Assembly (NCBI GenBank): GCA_030390025.1
Contig: CM059432.1
Span: 55,306,001 to 55,370,000 of the forward strand
Source of the DNA: Squalus acanthias
Taxonomy: Eukaryota
Length of the DNA stretch: 64,000 nt
Direction of reading: 5' to 3'
Part shown: piece after piece, positions 1-11,602 of the stretch
Position numbering within the stretch: the first letter of the stretch is position 1
How the letters are laid out: each line of letters begins with the position of its first letter
Made by a program: the position numbers and the translations under genes
Notes under the pieces: generated by a model
Told to the model about the DNA's origin: nothing
Seen by the model: the letters and a program-made list of their open reading frames with translations, nothing else
The model's database searches: none

Positions 1-1158
1 CCTACTTGATTTAACACAGACTGGAGACTGAACCTGGGACATTTCACCTGCTGACTGGATAAAGTCACTGAGCCACTGGGAAGTCAGTAATGATTATTTT
101 GTGCTTAAACTGAGGAGTTTCAGCATCAGTACCCCATGAAGAACATTAACAATCTTTACTTTCTTTTTGGTATTTCTGTTGAGATTTTTGAAGTGGAATG
201 GGCTCTGGCTGTTTAACCCTAGAAATAAGTTTTTGTAAGAATATATGGGTTACCTGACTGGACCAGACAAATTGCCATTTGTTAGCTAATTAAATACACC
301 ACTTTCCACTTTTCTATTAGTCAAAGGTAAAGGAATATTAAGAATATGGTGATATCCCTAATTATGTGTTCATATCTCTTGCCACTCCCTATTCCATTCT
401 GCAATCTGCGTGCAATACTTTTCAAAGTCACCAATGGTATTCTGTGTAATTTCAATCACCTTTTTCTATCTCCAGAGCATTATCCACTGCCCCACGCCAT
501 CTCCTCTCTCCTCTTTATCAAGTAATATTTGGTTTTTGCTGTCCCATCTTGGCCTCATCTGTCGTCAACAATATTGACCATTCCATTCATTTCCATTTTC
601 CACCTCCAGGGCACCGCTCCTACCTGTCCCAAAGTACTCACAAGATTACAAGATAATTATGGATGAAAATGCTATTCCATTCACCTTGGTTCATCCATCC
701 TAAAAGGCCTTAAAGTTCCCTATTGCAGCATCCAATTGTTTCTTAAATAATTCCAAGTTTTTCACCTCCATTATTCTATCTAGGAATCCATTTCATGTGT
801 TAATCACACTCTCTGTGAAGAACTTCCTGATGTCTATCCTAAACTTGTCTCTCTCAATTTAGTTGAAATAGTTTTCCACATTTAGCTTTTTTCATACCCT
901 TGACTATCTTATATTCCTTGAAGGAGATCACTTTTCAGATGCCTTCTTTCATGGCTGAAAAACCCAAGTCTCTCCTATTGTGCCTGTAGCTCTTTGCTAG
1001 AACAATCCATGACTCCTAGGTCTCACTGTATCTCGTCCAATTGGTTTTTCTTCCCTCCCAACAAAATGATCCAGTGGTGTGACTGTCTGTCCAACATCAA
1101 GTGCTGGATGAGCTGAAATTTCCTACAGCTCAACAAAGACAAGATTGAAACAATCTCA

Positions 1159-3352
1159 ATAGCAAAATACTGCGGATGCTGGAAATCCGAAATAACAACA
1201 GAAAACGCTGGAAAAACTCAGCAGGTCAGGCAGCATCCGTGGAGAGAGAAACAGAGTTAACGTTTCAGGTCGAAGACCTTCCGTCAGAACTGGAAAAAAG
1301 CAGGAAATGAAATAGATTTTAAAGCAAGTTTAGGGCTGGGAAAAGGGGGAGGGGAGGAAAGAACAAAAGAGGTCAGTGATAGGATGGAAAGCAGAAGAGA
1401 TTAAGAGACATTGAGAGACATTAAGAGATATTCAAGGCAAGAGGAGGTGGTAATGGGACATGTTAAGGAACAAAGGATGGCTCTAGATGAAGTGTGAATT
1501 GCGCTGGCAGAATGAAGGACAGCTGCCATGTGGGAGGGAAGAAAAAAAGGCCAAACAAAAAAGTGTGGATAAAAAAAAATATATAAAATAAAAAATATAT
1601 ATATGTGATACGGGCCGGGGTTATGATCTGAAATTGTTGCACTCTATGTTGAGTCCAGAGGGCTGTAGAGTGCTTAATCGAAAGATGAGGTGCTGTTCCT
1701 CGAGCTTACGTTGAGCTTCCGTGGAACAATGCAAGAGGCCGAGGACGGTGAGATCTGAGTGGGAATGGAGCGGTGAATTAAAGTGACAGGCCACTAGGAG
1801 CTCGGGGTCACCCTTACGGACTGAACGGAGGTATTCCGCAAAGCGGTCTCCCAATCTGCATTTGGTCTCCCCAATGTAGAGGAGACCACATCGTGAGCAG
1901 TGAATACAGTATACTAAATTGCAGGAAGTACAAGTAAATCGCTGTTTCACCTGGAAGGGGTGTTTGGGGCCCAGGACAGTGGGAAGGGGGGAGGTATAAG
2001 GGTATGTGTTGCATCTCCTGCGCTTGCACGGGAAGGTGCTGGGCAAAGCGGAAGGGGTGCTGGGGGTGGTAGAGGAGTGGACTAGGGTGTCGCGGAGGGA
2101 GCGGTCCCTGCGGAATGCTGAAAGGGGAGGTGAGGGGAAGATGCGTTTGGTGGTGGGATCACGCTGGAAGTGGCGGAAATGGCGGAGGATGATCCGTTGA
2201 ATGTGGAGGCTGGTGGGGTGAAAGGTGAGGACAAGGGGAACTCTATCGTGGTTCCGGGAGGGAGGGGCAGGGGTGAGAGCAGAAGTGCGGGAGATAGAAC
2301 GGACACGGTCGAGGGCCGTGTCAACCACATTCGAGGGGAATCCTCGGTTGAGGAAAAAGGAAGACATGTCGGAAGCACTGGTATGAAAGGTGGCATCATC
2401 AGAGCAAATGCGGCGGAGACGGAGAAACTGGGAGAATGGAATAGAGTCCTTACAGGAGGCGGGGTGGGAGGAAGTGTAGTCCAGGTAGCTGTGGGAGTCA
2501 GTGGGCTTGTAGTGAATGTTTGTCAATAACCTATCCCCAGAGATGGAGACGGAGAAGTCGAGGAAGGGAAGGGAAGAGTCAAGAGATGGACCATGTGAAG
2601 GTGAGGGAAGGGTGGAAATTGGAAGCATAGTGAATGAAATTTTCTAGTTCAGGGCGAGAGCAGGAGACGGCACCAATACAGTCATCAATGTACCGGAAAA
2701 AGAGGTGAGGGAGGGGACCCGAGTAGGACTGGAACAAAGAGTGTTCCACATATCCCACGAAAAGGCAGGCATAGCTAGGACCCATGCGGGTACCCATAGC
2801 AATACCTTTGATTTGGAGGAAATGAGTGGAGTCAAAGGAGAAGTTGTTCAATATGAGAACAAGTTCAGCCAGGCGGAGGAGGGTGGTGGTGGATGGGGAC
2901 TGGTTGGGCCTCTGTTCAAGGAAGAAGTGGAGCGCCCTCAGGCCATCCTGGTGGGGGATGGAGGTGTAGAGGGATTTACGTCCATAGTGAAAAGGAGGCG
3001 GTTGGGGCCGGGAAACTGGAAACTGTCAAAGTGGCGGAGGGCGTCGGAAGAGTCGCAGATGTGGGTGGGAAGAGACTGGACAAGGGGAGATAAAATAGTG
3101 TCGAGATAGGAAGAGATAAGTTCCGTAGGGCAAGAACAGGCTGAAACGATGGGTCTACCAGGGCAGTCCTGTTTGTGGATCTTGGGAAGGAGGTAGAAGC
3201 GGGCTGTGCGGGGTTGGGGAACTATGAGGTTGGTGGCCGTGGGGGGGAAGATCTCCAGAGGAGATGAGGTCAGTGACAGTCTTGGAAACGCTGGCTTGAT
3301 GTTCGGTAGTGGGGTCATGGTCCAGGTAGAGGTAGGAGGAGGTGTCGGAGAG
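1159..3352 (-). mobile_element. Penelope-like retroelement, 5'-truncated (RT + GIY-YIG), frameshifted
   Basis: ORFs 2938-3318 (FYLLPKIHK..PGRPIVS), 2579-2851 (GIAMG, RYIDD) and 1621-2628 (VYCIHC..LYIGET, CCHH-type GIY-YIG). 14-bp TSD TTGAAACAATCTCA at 1145-1158 and 3353-3366. Sits inside an older L2 fragment. Confidence 0.93.
1255..1291 (-). ncRNA. Minimal type I hammerhead-like motif in the PLE 3' region
   Basis: Minus strand reads AGUU-CUGACGG-AAGGUC UUC GACCU-GAAA-CG-UU-AACU; position 9 of the core is G rather than A. Confidence 0.65.
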
Positions 3353-3772
3353 TTGAAACAATCTCACTTGGCTCTTGATAGCACCTACGTGCCTCTGGTT
3401 CTGACTCCATCAACTTCCCTGGCTGCCCCCATAGGCTCAACATGGTGGTGTGTATGTAACCTCAGATTTGTTTAACCCTGAGCTGAACTTTAAACCTCAC
3501 ACCCAGTCAGTCACTATCCAGACTACATAGACACATCAAGTGAGTCTTCATTACACTACAATCCTTGACCTCTGACCTGCAGAGCCCATTCCAGCTTCCT
3601 GTCATGATGTCATGAATAGGGAGAAGAAAAAGATGATTGTGCCAGAATTTGAGTTGAACTGAAGGTCGCCAGCATCTCATGTTACAGCCTTTGCTGCAAG
3701 GTGCTGGCAGCCGGCCCTACATTTAAAAAAAATTAGAACATTCTTACAGTAATCACTAATGTAATATACAAC

Positions 3773-3901
3773 ATGAATGAATTGATCAGAGAACTCTCAG
3801 TATATTTAGATATCAATCTATTTGCTACCGGGACAAGTTTGTTTCTTGTTTTAGGATGCAGTGCTGCCTACCTCTGTATTTATTTGAGCTTAATATCGAG
3901 G
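3773..3901 (+). CDS. abhd3: ABHD3 coding exon 1 (N-terminal hydrophobic anchor)
   Basis: Manual translation MNELIRELSVYLDINLFATGTSLFLVLGCSAAYLCIYLSLISR resembles the ABHD3 N-terminus (RELSLYL...SLILGFSVAYAFYYLSSIAK). Phase-0 donor GTAAG at 3902. Not in the ORF track. Confidence 0.85.
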
Positions 3902-4839
3902 GTAAGAAGGTTTATCACCTGTTATTTAATAGTTGTTATGTAATATTTACATAATTATGTACTTTATTTCTTGATAAATTGTGTTCTTTTAAACAACTGT
4001 ACAATAAGTATTTAATATATAACAACTGTCTATAAGAACTGTTAAAAAAGCAAATATAATTGTGAATTTTCATCACTTGGTCTTAGAAAGCATTCACTTA
4101 GATTATTTTAATTAGGATGTGATCTGGTATGAATATTATTTTAAATTTTCAACATATTCTTAATTAATGTTTTCTGTGTTGTTTAGTAATTAAATGTATA
4201 TCTTTCATAATTAGTGAATTCACGGTTTGGTTTTGTATTAATTCTAATAAGACCCTGTAAGGTAGCTCACAGTGGCTGTGTGTAAAAGCATCACCTTTAC
4301 CGAACCATGGAGAACTAAAAGCCCCAGCTTCAATGAAATGCAATCTCAGCATATGAGCTGTTCAATGCCTAATTCACTCTTAATAAATTGAAGTTATTGC
4401 AACTGCATTTTACTGTGTTAAATGAAACATAACTTTGTCTGAAAAGTTGATGATTATGATGCCATAATAGGATGGTAGTTGTGATAAATTATGAGGTTAT
4501 AATGAACTGTGGGCATATGACATAGTTTTTATCATGTGACTGAGTGATGGGCAGCAGGCAAATATCACATGTGGTACACATATAACATGCAGTCTGCAGT
4601 GAGGCAAGTGATTATCAAAATCAACTCAAACCTGAGATGTGTCACTTGGAACACTATCCTGACTCCATTATCTTTTTCAAACTTGTCTTCACAAAAACAA
4701 AAATAGTAAATCTTTTATTGTTTGTGTAGCACTCAAATCATGTGACAGCAAAATTGCACTTTAGTCAGCGTAATATTTACCTATTTGTTAGGCAATGTTA
4801 TAGCTTGTACATATTTCCCTGTGTTACATCAATGACTGA

Positions 4840-5536
4840 GGGGGTGATTTTGACAATAGGGGCGCGTTGGAGGCAGGACTGCTGCTTGTCAGGTTTTAGT
4901 CCCGCCTCCATCAACTTGTAGCCAACCCACGCTATTTTCCCTTGATTGACCTGGTTAAGCCCGCCCAGCGGGCTTAGCAGGCCAATTAAGGGGAAGCCGG
5001 TTACAGAGAACGTCAGCGTATGACGTTTCATCTGTCAAAAAATTTTGACAGATGTATTGTCATCGTTTGACAGCTTTGAGAAGCTGTCAAACACTGACAT
5101 TCTCTGTTGTTTGATGAGTTCTTGTACTCAAGGCTCACCAAACCTATTTTGTGAGCAGAAAGCAGATGGCTGTTGCATCGGAGAATGCAGCAGCAATCTG
5201 TCATCTTTGCCATTGAGATGCCGGAGCCTCCGCATCCCCAACAATTGAAGCCTGCAGGAAGAAACAAAGGGAAGGAAACTTTTTCTATCACTTTTCACTC
5301 ACCTCACATACTTACCTCTCCACACTTGCACCCATCACTCACCTCCACAGCACACTTTTGGACCCCTCTCACCCCTGCAGACCCACTGCTCGCCTCGCTG
5401 ACCCTGACGGGGTTTCCCCGACATTGGGAAGCCCGACGGGACCCGGCGCAGGTTGGGTACATGCCCCCAGATTCTGCCATTTTCCTGGCAGTCCCGCCTC
5501 CAAACCCACCTCCCCAGGGCTGGCAAAATTGCCCCC
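4840..5536. mobile_element. MITE family A (Harbinger-like TIRs)
   Basis: Ends GGGGGTGATTTTGAC / GGCAAAATTGCCCCC; inverted homolog at 21323-22174. Confidence 0.75.
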
Positions 5537-5756
5537 TATACTTCAAAAGTACTTCAGTGGCTGTGAAGCACATTGGGACGTATTGAGGTTGTGGTAGGCG
5601 CTTTATAAATGTAAGTTCCTTCTTTCTCTTGTATATATTATTGGGGATAGTTTTCCTTTACCAACTACGCGCGCTGCTTTCCAATCTTTCCCACGGCTTC
5701 AAAGTTGTTTATTTTTGATTTGATCAGTAATTAATTAAGTTAAAAGGTAGGAGTCC

Positions 5757-7500
5757 TCTGCCACTTCCCTTCCTTCCCCTAGCCCACTGGGTCAAACTTC
5801 CCCTAAGGTTTCCCCTGCCCTAGCCCTGAACTCTCCTGTTTCTCTCCTATCTCCCCTCATGACCTCTCTGCAATCATCTTGTCCATGAAAGCCTTTTCCT
5901 GCTCCCTCAACCCTATTCCTACTAAACTGCTGACCACCCAACTTCCTTTTCTGGCTCCCAGTTAGCTGATATTGTTAATGTTTCTCTCTCCTCAGGTACT
6001 GTCCCCCTCTCCTTCAAATCTGCCTTCATCACCCATCTCCTCAAAAAAACAACCCTTGTCCCCTCCATCCTTGCAAACTACCGCCTCATCTCCAACCTCC
6101 CTTTCCTCTCCAAAGTCCTTGAACGTGTTGTCATCTCCCAAATCTGTGCCCATCTTTTCCGGAACTCTATGTTTGAATCCCTCCAATCAGGTTTCCGTCC
6201 CTGCCACAGTACCGAAACGGGTCATATCAAAGTCACAAATGACATCCTATGTGACTGTGACAAAGGTAAACTTTCCCTGCTCGTCCTTCTCAACCTGTCT
6301 GCAGCCTTTGACATGGATGACTACTCCATCCTCCTCCAACGCCTCTCCACCGTCGTCCAGCTGGGTGGAACTGCACTCACCTAGTTCCATTCTTACCTAT
6401 CTAATCGTAGCCAGAGAATCACCTGCAATAGCTATTCTTCCTGCTCCCACATCAGTACCTCTGGAGATCCCCAAGGATCTATCCTTGGCCCCCTCCTATT
6501 TCTCATCTACATGCTGCCCCTTGGCGACATCATCCGAAAACACAGCGTCAGTTTCCACATGTACGCTGATGACACCCAGCTCTACCTCACGACCACATCT
6601 CTCGACTCCTCTACTGTCTCTAAATTGTCACATTGCTTGTCCGACATCCAGTACTGGATGAGCAGAAATTTTCTCCAATTAATTATTGGGAAGACCGAAG
6701 CCATTATCTTCGGTCCCCGACACATCTCCGTTCCCTAGCCACCGACTCCATCCCTCTCCCTAGCATCTGTCTGAGGCTGAACCAGACTGTTTGCAACCTT
6801 GGTGTCATATTTGACCCTGAAATGAGCTTCCGACCACATATCTGTGCCTATTTCCACCTCCGTAATATCGCCCATCTCCACCCCTGCCTCAGCTCATTTG
6901 CTGCTGAAACCCTCATCCATGTCTTTGTTACCTCTAGACTTGACTATTCCAATGCACTGCTGGGTGGCCTCCCACATTCTACCCTATGTAAACTTGAGGT
7001 CCTCCAAAACTCAGCTCATGTCCTAACTCGCACCAAGTCCTGTTCACCCATCACCTCTGTGCTCGCTGACCTACACTGGCTCCCGGTTAAGTAACGCCTC
7101 AATTTTAATATTCTCATCCTTGTTTTCAAATCCCTCCATGGCCTTGCCCCCCCCCATATCTGTAATCCCCCCCCCCCCCCCCCCAATATATCTGCACTCC
7201 TCTAATTCTGGCCTCTTGAGCATCCTGATTTTAATCACTCAACCATTGGTGGCCGTGCCTTTAGTTGCCTAGGCCCTAAGCTCTGGAATTCCCTCCCTAA
7301 ACCACTCCGCCTCTCTACCTCTCTTTCTTCCTTTAAGACGCACCTTAAAACCTACCTCTTTGACCAAGCTTTTGGTCACCTGCCCCAATTTCTCCTTATG
7401 TGGCTCGGTGTCACATTTTGTTTTATAACACTCCTGTGAAGCGCCTTGGACATTTTACTTAATTAAAGGTGCTATATAAATACTAGTTGTTGTTGTTGTT
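5757..7500 (+). mobile_element. L2 LINE, 5'-truncated
   Basis: RT fragments (FESLQSGFRPCHSTET, LSAAFD, HMYADDTQLY, SRLDYSNALL, LHWLPV); 3' tail ...GCTATATAAATACTAGTTGTTGTTGTT. Confidence 0.92.
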
Positions 7501-7675
7501 GCAGAATATATCCATTTAGAGGTCAAATGCCCAAACCTTTATGTTTTTTTAATGCTCTGCGGAATGGAACTCGTCCCATCCAGTATCAGCATCAAGAACT
7601 ATGCAGATGAAAGCTCATTAGAGCACCTGCTGTTGCACTAGTGTGACATTTTCCCCACATCAGTCATCCTGTGCC

Positions 7676-9455
7676 TAGAGTCATAGAGTTATACAGCACA
7701 GAAAGAGGCCCTTCAGCCCATCGTGTCCGCGCCGGCCATCAAGCCTTATCTATTCTAATCCCATTTTCCAGCATTTGGTCCGTAGCCTTGTATGCTATGG
7801 CGTTTCAAGTGCTCATCTAAATGCTTCTTGAATGTTGTGAGGGTTCCTGCCTCTACCACCCTTTCAGGCAGTGAGTTCCAGATTCCAACCACCCTCTGGG
7901 TGAAAAAGTTTTTCCTCAAATCCCCTCTAAACCTCCTGCCCCTTACCTTGAAACTATGCCCCCTGGTTATTTTCCCCTCTACTAAGGAGAAAAGTTCCTT
8001 TCTATCTACCCTATCTATGCCCCTCATAATTTTGTACACCTCAATCAGGTCCCCCCTCAGCCTTCTCTTCTCTAAGGAAAACAACCCCAGCCTGTTCAGT
8101 CTCTCTTCATAGCTGAAGCGCTCCAGCCCAGGTAACATCCTGGTGAATCTCCTCTGCACCCTCTCCAATGCAATCACATCCTTCCGATAGTGTGGCGACC
8201 AGAACTGCACACAGTATTCCAGCTGTGGCCTAACTAGCGTTTTGTACAGCTCCATCATAACCTCCCTGCTCTTATATTCTATGCCTTGGCTAATGAAGGC
8301 AAGTATCCCATATGCCTTTTTAACCACCTTATCTACCTGTCCTGCTGCCTTCAGGGATCTATGTACATGCACACCAAAGTCCCTCTGATCCTCTGTCCTT
8401 CCTAGGATCCTACCATTCATTGTGTATTCCCTTGCCTTGTTGGTCCTCCCAAAATGCATCACCTCACACTTTTCAGGGTTAAATTCCATTTGCCACTGTT
8501 CTACCCATCTGACCAACCCGTTTATATTGTCCTGTAGCCTGAGGCTTCCGTCCTCGCTATTTACCACTCCACCAATTTTTGTGTCATCTGCAAACTTACT
8601 GATCATACCTCCTACATTCATATCTAAATCATTAATGTACACTACAAACAGCAAAGGACCCAGCACCGATCCCTGCAGTACACCACTGGACACAGGCTTC
8701 CAGTCACAAAAACAACCTTCGACCATCACCCTCTGCCTCCTGCCACTAAGCCAATTTTGGATCCAATGTGCCAAATTGCCCTGGATCCCATGGGCTCTTA
8801 CCTTCTTGACCAGTCTCCCATGCAGGACTTTGTCAAAAGCCTTACTGAAGTCCATGTAGACTACATCAACTGCACTATCCTCATCCACACACCTAGTCAC
8901 CCCCTCGAAAAATTCAATCAAATTGGTTAGACATGATCTCCCCCTGACAAAGCTATGCTGACTATCCTTGATTAACCCTTGCCTCTCCAACTGGAGACTA
9001 ATTCTGTCCCTCAGAATTTTTTCCAGTAATTTCCCTACCACTGATGTTAGGCTCACTGGCCTGTAATTCCCTGGTTTATCCCTACTACCCTTCTTGAATA
9101 ATGGTACTACGTTAGCTGTCCTCCAGTCCTCTGGCACCTCCCCTGTGGTCATGATGCGGAGATGCCGGTGTTGGACTGGGGTGGACAAAATTGAGAGGTC
9201 GCACAACACCAGGTTATAGTCCAACAGTTTTATTTGAAATCACAAGCTTTCGGAGCTTACTACTCCTTTGTCGGGTGAAGTCTTCACCCGACGAAGGAGT
9301 AGTAAGCTCCGAAAGCTTGTGATTTCAAATAAAACTGTTGGACTATAACCTGGTGTTGTGCGACCTCTCAATTTTGACCTCCCCTGTGGCCAGAGAGGAT
9401 CTGAAAATGTGTGTCAGAGCCCCTGCAATCTCCTCCCTTGCCTCACACAGCAGGC
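7676..9455 (-). mobile_element. CR1 LINE, 5'-truncated, with an open RT frame
   Basis: ORF 7755-~9150 (NYRPVSLTS, DFSKAFD, QGSVLGP, FADDTK). Interrupted at 9152-9376 by a PLE palindrome, after which CR1 sequence resumes. Confidence 0.95.
9152..9376. mobile_element. Short PLE-derived fold-back insertion with paired hammerhead-like motifs
   Basis: 95-bp inverted arms 9186-9280 and 9282-9376 (1 mismatch), 1-nt spacer, ~34-nt unpaired tail; TSD ACCTCCCCTGTGG(T/C)CA at 9136-9151 and 9377-9392. Confidence 0.9.
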
Positions 9456-10569
9456 TGAGTTAAATTGCCAATTAGTGCCAAATTAGGGACAATCGTGCTG
9501 ACAAAGAACTGGACTGAGATTGGCCAAACCCATTTTGTGTCGGATATTAAACAGAAAATGATGGAAACACTTACTTTTCAGGTTTAGAACTGACAAATGG
9601 TCCACACTTGAAATGTTAACTTGTCTTATCTCTCCACAGGGGCTGACTAACCTGCCGAGTGTCTCTGTTATTGTTTCAATATAGAGAGCAGTGCGTATCA
9701 GTGAATGGGAATCATATACATGTGAGAGAGAGAGAGAGAGAGATAAGCTAATTTGATTTGAAACCACAGCATTGACAAATTATCTACTCAAGTACTCATT
9801 CAATTGTTCTTCCATATTTCCTCCCCACCACATTATGCTTCTATATAAACCGAAATCTTTATATATTTCAACCCAGCACATAAGTGCTGTAGTCTATGTT
9901 GAATTAAGTAACAGTAAAAGTGAATCTATCATAGTAGAGTACATTGAAATATTTTCCCAGTAACTTTCAGATTACACAGAGGAATGTTAATAAAGTAGTA
10001 ACTGAGTCATAAACTATGGGACTGCAACCAAAATGGTCAATAAACACATCTGAATCACAAAATAAGAGCATACAGTCCTGAAATCACACCAAGATATATA
10101 TCCATTATAATTATGTATCATGTATGAAGCCCCATGGGGTGGGTTTATTCCATTTAACCCCCTTTTTGCTATGCCAGAAGCTGGCAGTCATTGCAACATG
10201 CGTAGTAGGCCTATGATGATATACACATTATATCAGAATCATTGATCTTTTCATTACTATAAGTTTACCAAATTGTAATCAATAGTTGGTTACTGGGACA
10301 TAGCACAGTCATCATCATGTTGTATTACGTTAATCCAAGGTCTTTCTAAATTTTCCCACCTATAGCCTCTAAACTTTCTCTTTTTCCACGGCACTCTTGT
10401 CTCTCTCTATTTTATTGGTATTGCTATGATCATCATACATGTCAACGTTTGACTCAGCATTATCCATGTTCACAAATAGAGCAGGTTCTTTCATCCTTGG
10501 TGCTGCTCTGTGGTTGCTCCCTCATGTTGTTGCTGCTGTAAGTCATTGAAAGCTGCTGTACACTATAAT

Positions 10570-11602
10570 GATGTGGAGATGCCGGCGTTGGACTGGGGTG
10601 TACAAAAATGAGAAGTCGCACAACACCAGGTTATAGTCCAACAGATTTATTTAATTTTACAAGCTTTCGGAGCGGTTCGCTCCTTCCTCAGGTAGGGTAG
10701 CAGTGAGAGAATCTCCCAGAATTCACAATATAAACACAGAGAAAATCTATTCAAATCTTTCCCTACATCAAAGACACACTAAGAGCACAGCCAAGACAAT
10801 GAGATGTGTCCCAGGGGGTCCAACGTGTCAAAACACCTGCTGGCTGCATATCCTGTCAATTTGTGTTGGTTCTTGTGTTAGTCTTTTTAAAAAAAAAAAA
10901 ACACCTGGAAAGACCGGCCGTGATGTCAAGTCACGTTCTGTATCGTGACATGAACCCGATATCGCGATTGAGGCCATCCTCATGAGTGCGGAACTTGGCT
11001 ATCAGTTTCTGCTCTATGATTTTGCGCTGTCGTGTATCCCGAAGGCCGCCTTGGAGAACGCTTACCCGCAGATCCGAGGCTGAATGCCCCTGGCTGCTTC
11101 ACTTCAGCAGCCAGGGGCATTCAGCCTCGGATCTGCGGGTAAGCGTTCTCCAAGGCGGCCTTCGGGATACACGACAGCGCAAAATCATAGAGCAGAAACT
11201 GATAGCCAAGTTCCGCACTCATGAGGATGGCCTCAATCGCGATATCGGGTTCATGTCACGATACAGAACGTGACTTGACATCACGGCCGGTCTTTCCAGG
11301 TGTTTTTTTTTAAAAAGACTAACACAAGAACCAACACAAATTGACAGGATATGCAGCCAGCAGGTGTTTTGACACGTTGGACCCCCTGGGACACATCTCA
11401 TTGTCTTGGCTGTGCTCTTAGTGTGTCTTTGATGTAGGGAAAGATTTGAATAGATTTTCTCTGTATTTATATTGTGAATTCTGGGAGATTCTCTCACTGC
11501 TACCCTACCTGAGGAAGTAGCGAACCGCTCCGAAAGCTTGTAAAATTAAATAAATCTGTTGGACTATAACCTGGTGTTGTGCGACTTCTCATTTTTGTAC
11601 AC
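10570..11602. mobile_element. 1-kb PLE-derived palindrome (GIY-YIG C-terminus + 3' region, inverted)
   Basis: Arms 10598-11098 and 11106-11602, 7-nt spacer. The + strand 11100-11273 encodes HFSSQGHSASDLRVSVLQGGL..RKIIEQKLIAKFRTHEDGLNRD, typical of a PLE endonuclease end. TSD TGTACACTATAAT at 10557-10569 and 11596-11608. Confidence 0.92.
10658..10694 (-). ncRNA. Minimal type I hammerhead ribozyme motif
   Basis: UAC-CUGAGGA-A-GGAGCG AAC CGCUCC-GAAA-GC-UU-GUA: conserved core, 6-bp stem II, palindromic AAGCUU stem III. The mirror copy on + at 11506-11542 has one stem II mismatch. Confidence 0.75.

Noticed and set aside
5972..6661. 229-aa Ser/Pro-rich ORF
   Set aside because: Alternative frame of the C-rich L2 RT sequence.
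7755..9224. 489-aa ORF as a stand-alone reverse transcriptase gene
   Set aside because: It is a 5'-truncated CR1 ORF2; its first ~25 residues come from the inserted PLE palindrome.
10703..11497. Duplicated 81/92-aa ORFs (MRESPRIHN...) as a gene pair
   Set aside because: They are mirror translations of the two palindrome arms, antisense to the PLE 3' UTR.
10598..11602. Palindrome as a pure assembly artefact
   Set aside because: The arms differ at a few sites, the spacer continues the PLE frame, a 13-bp TSD flanks it, and a second element nearby has the same design. Read-level confirmation is still needed.
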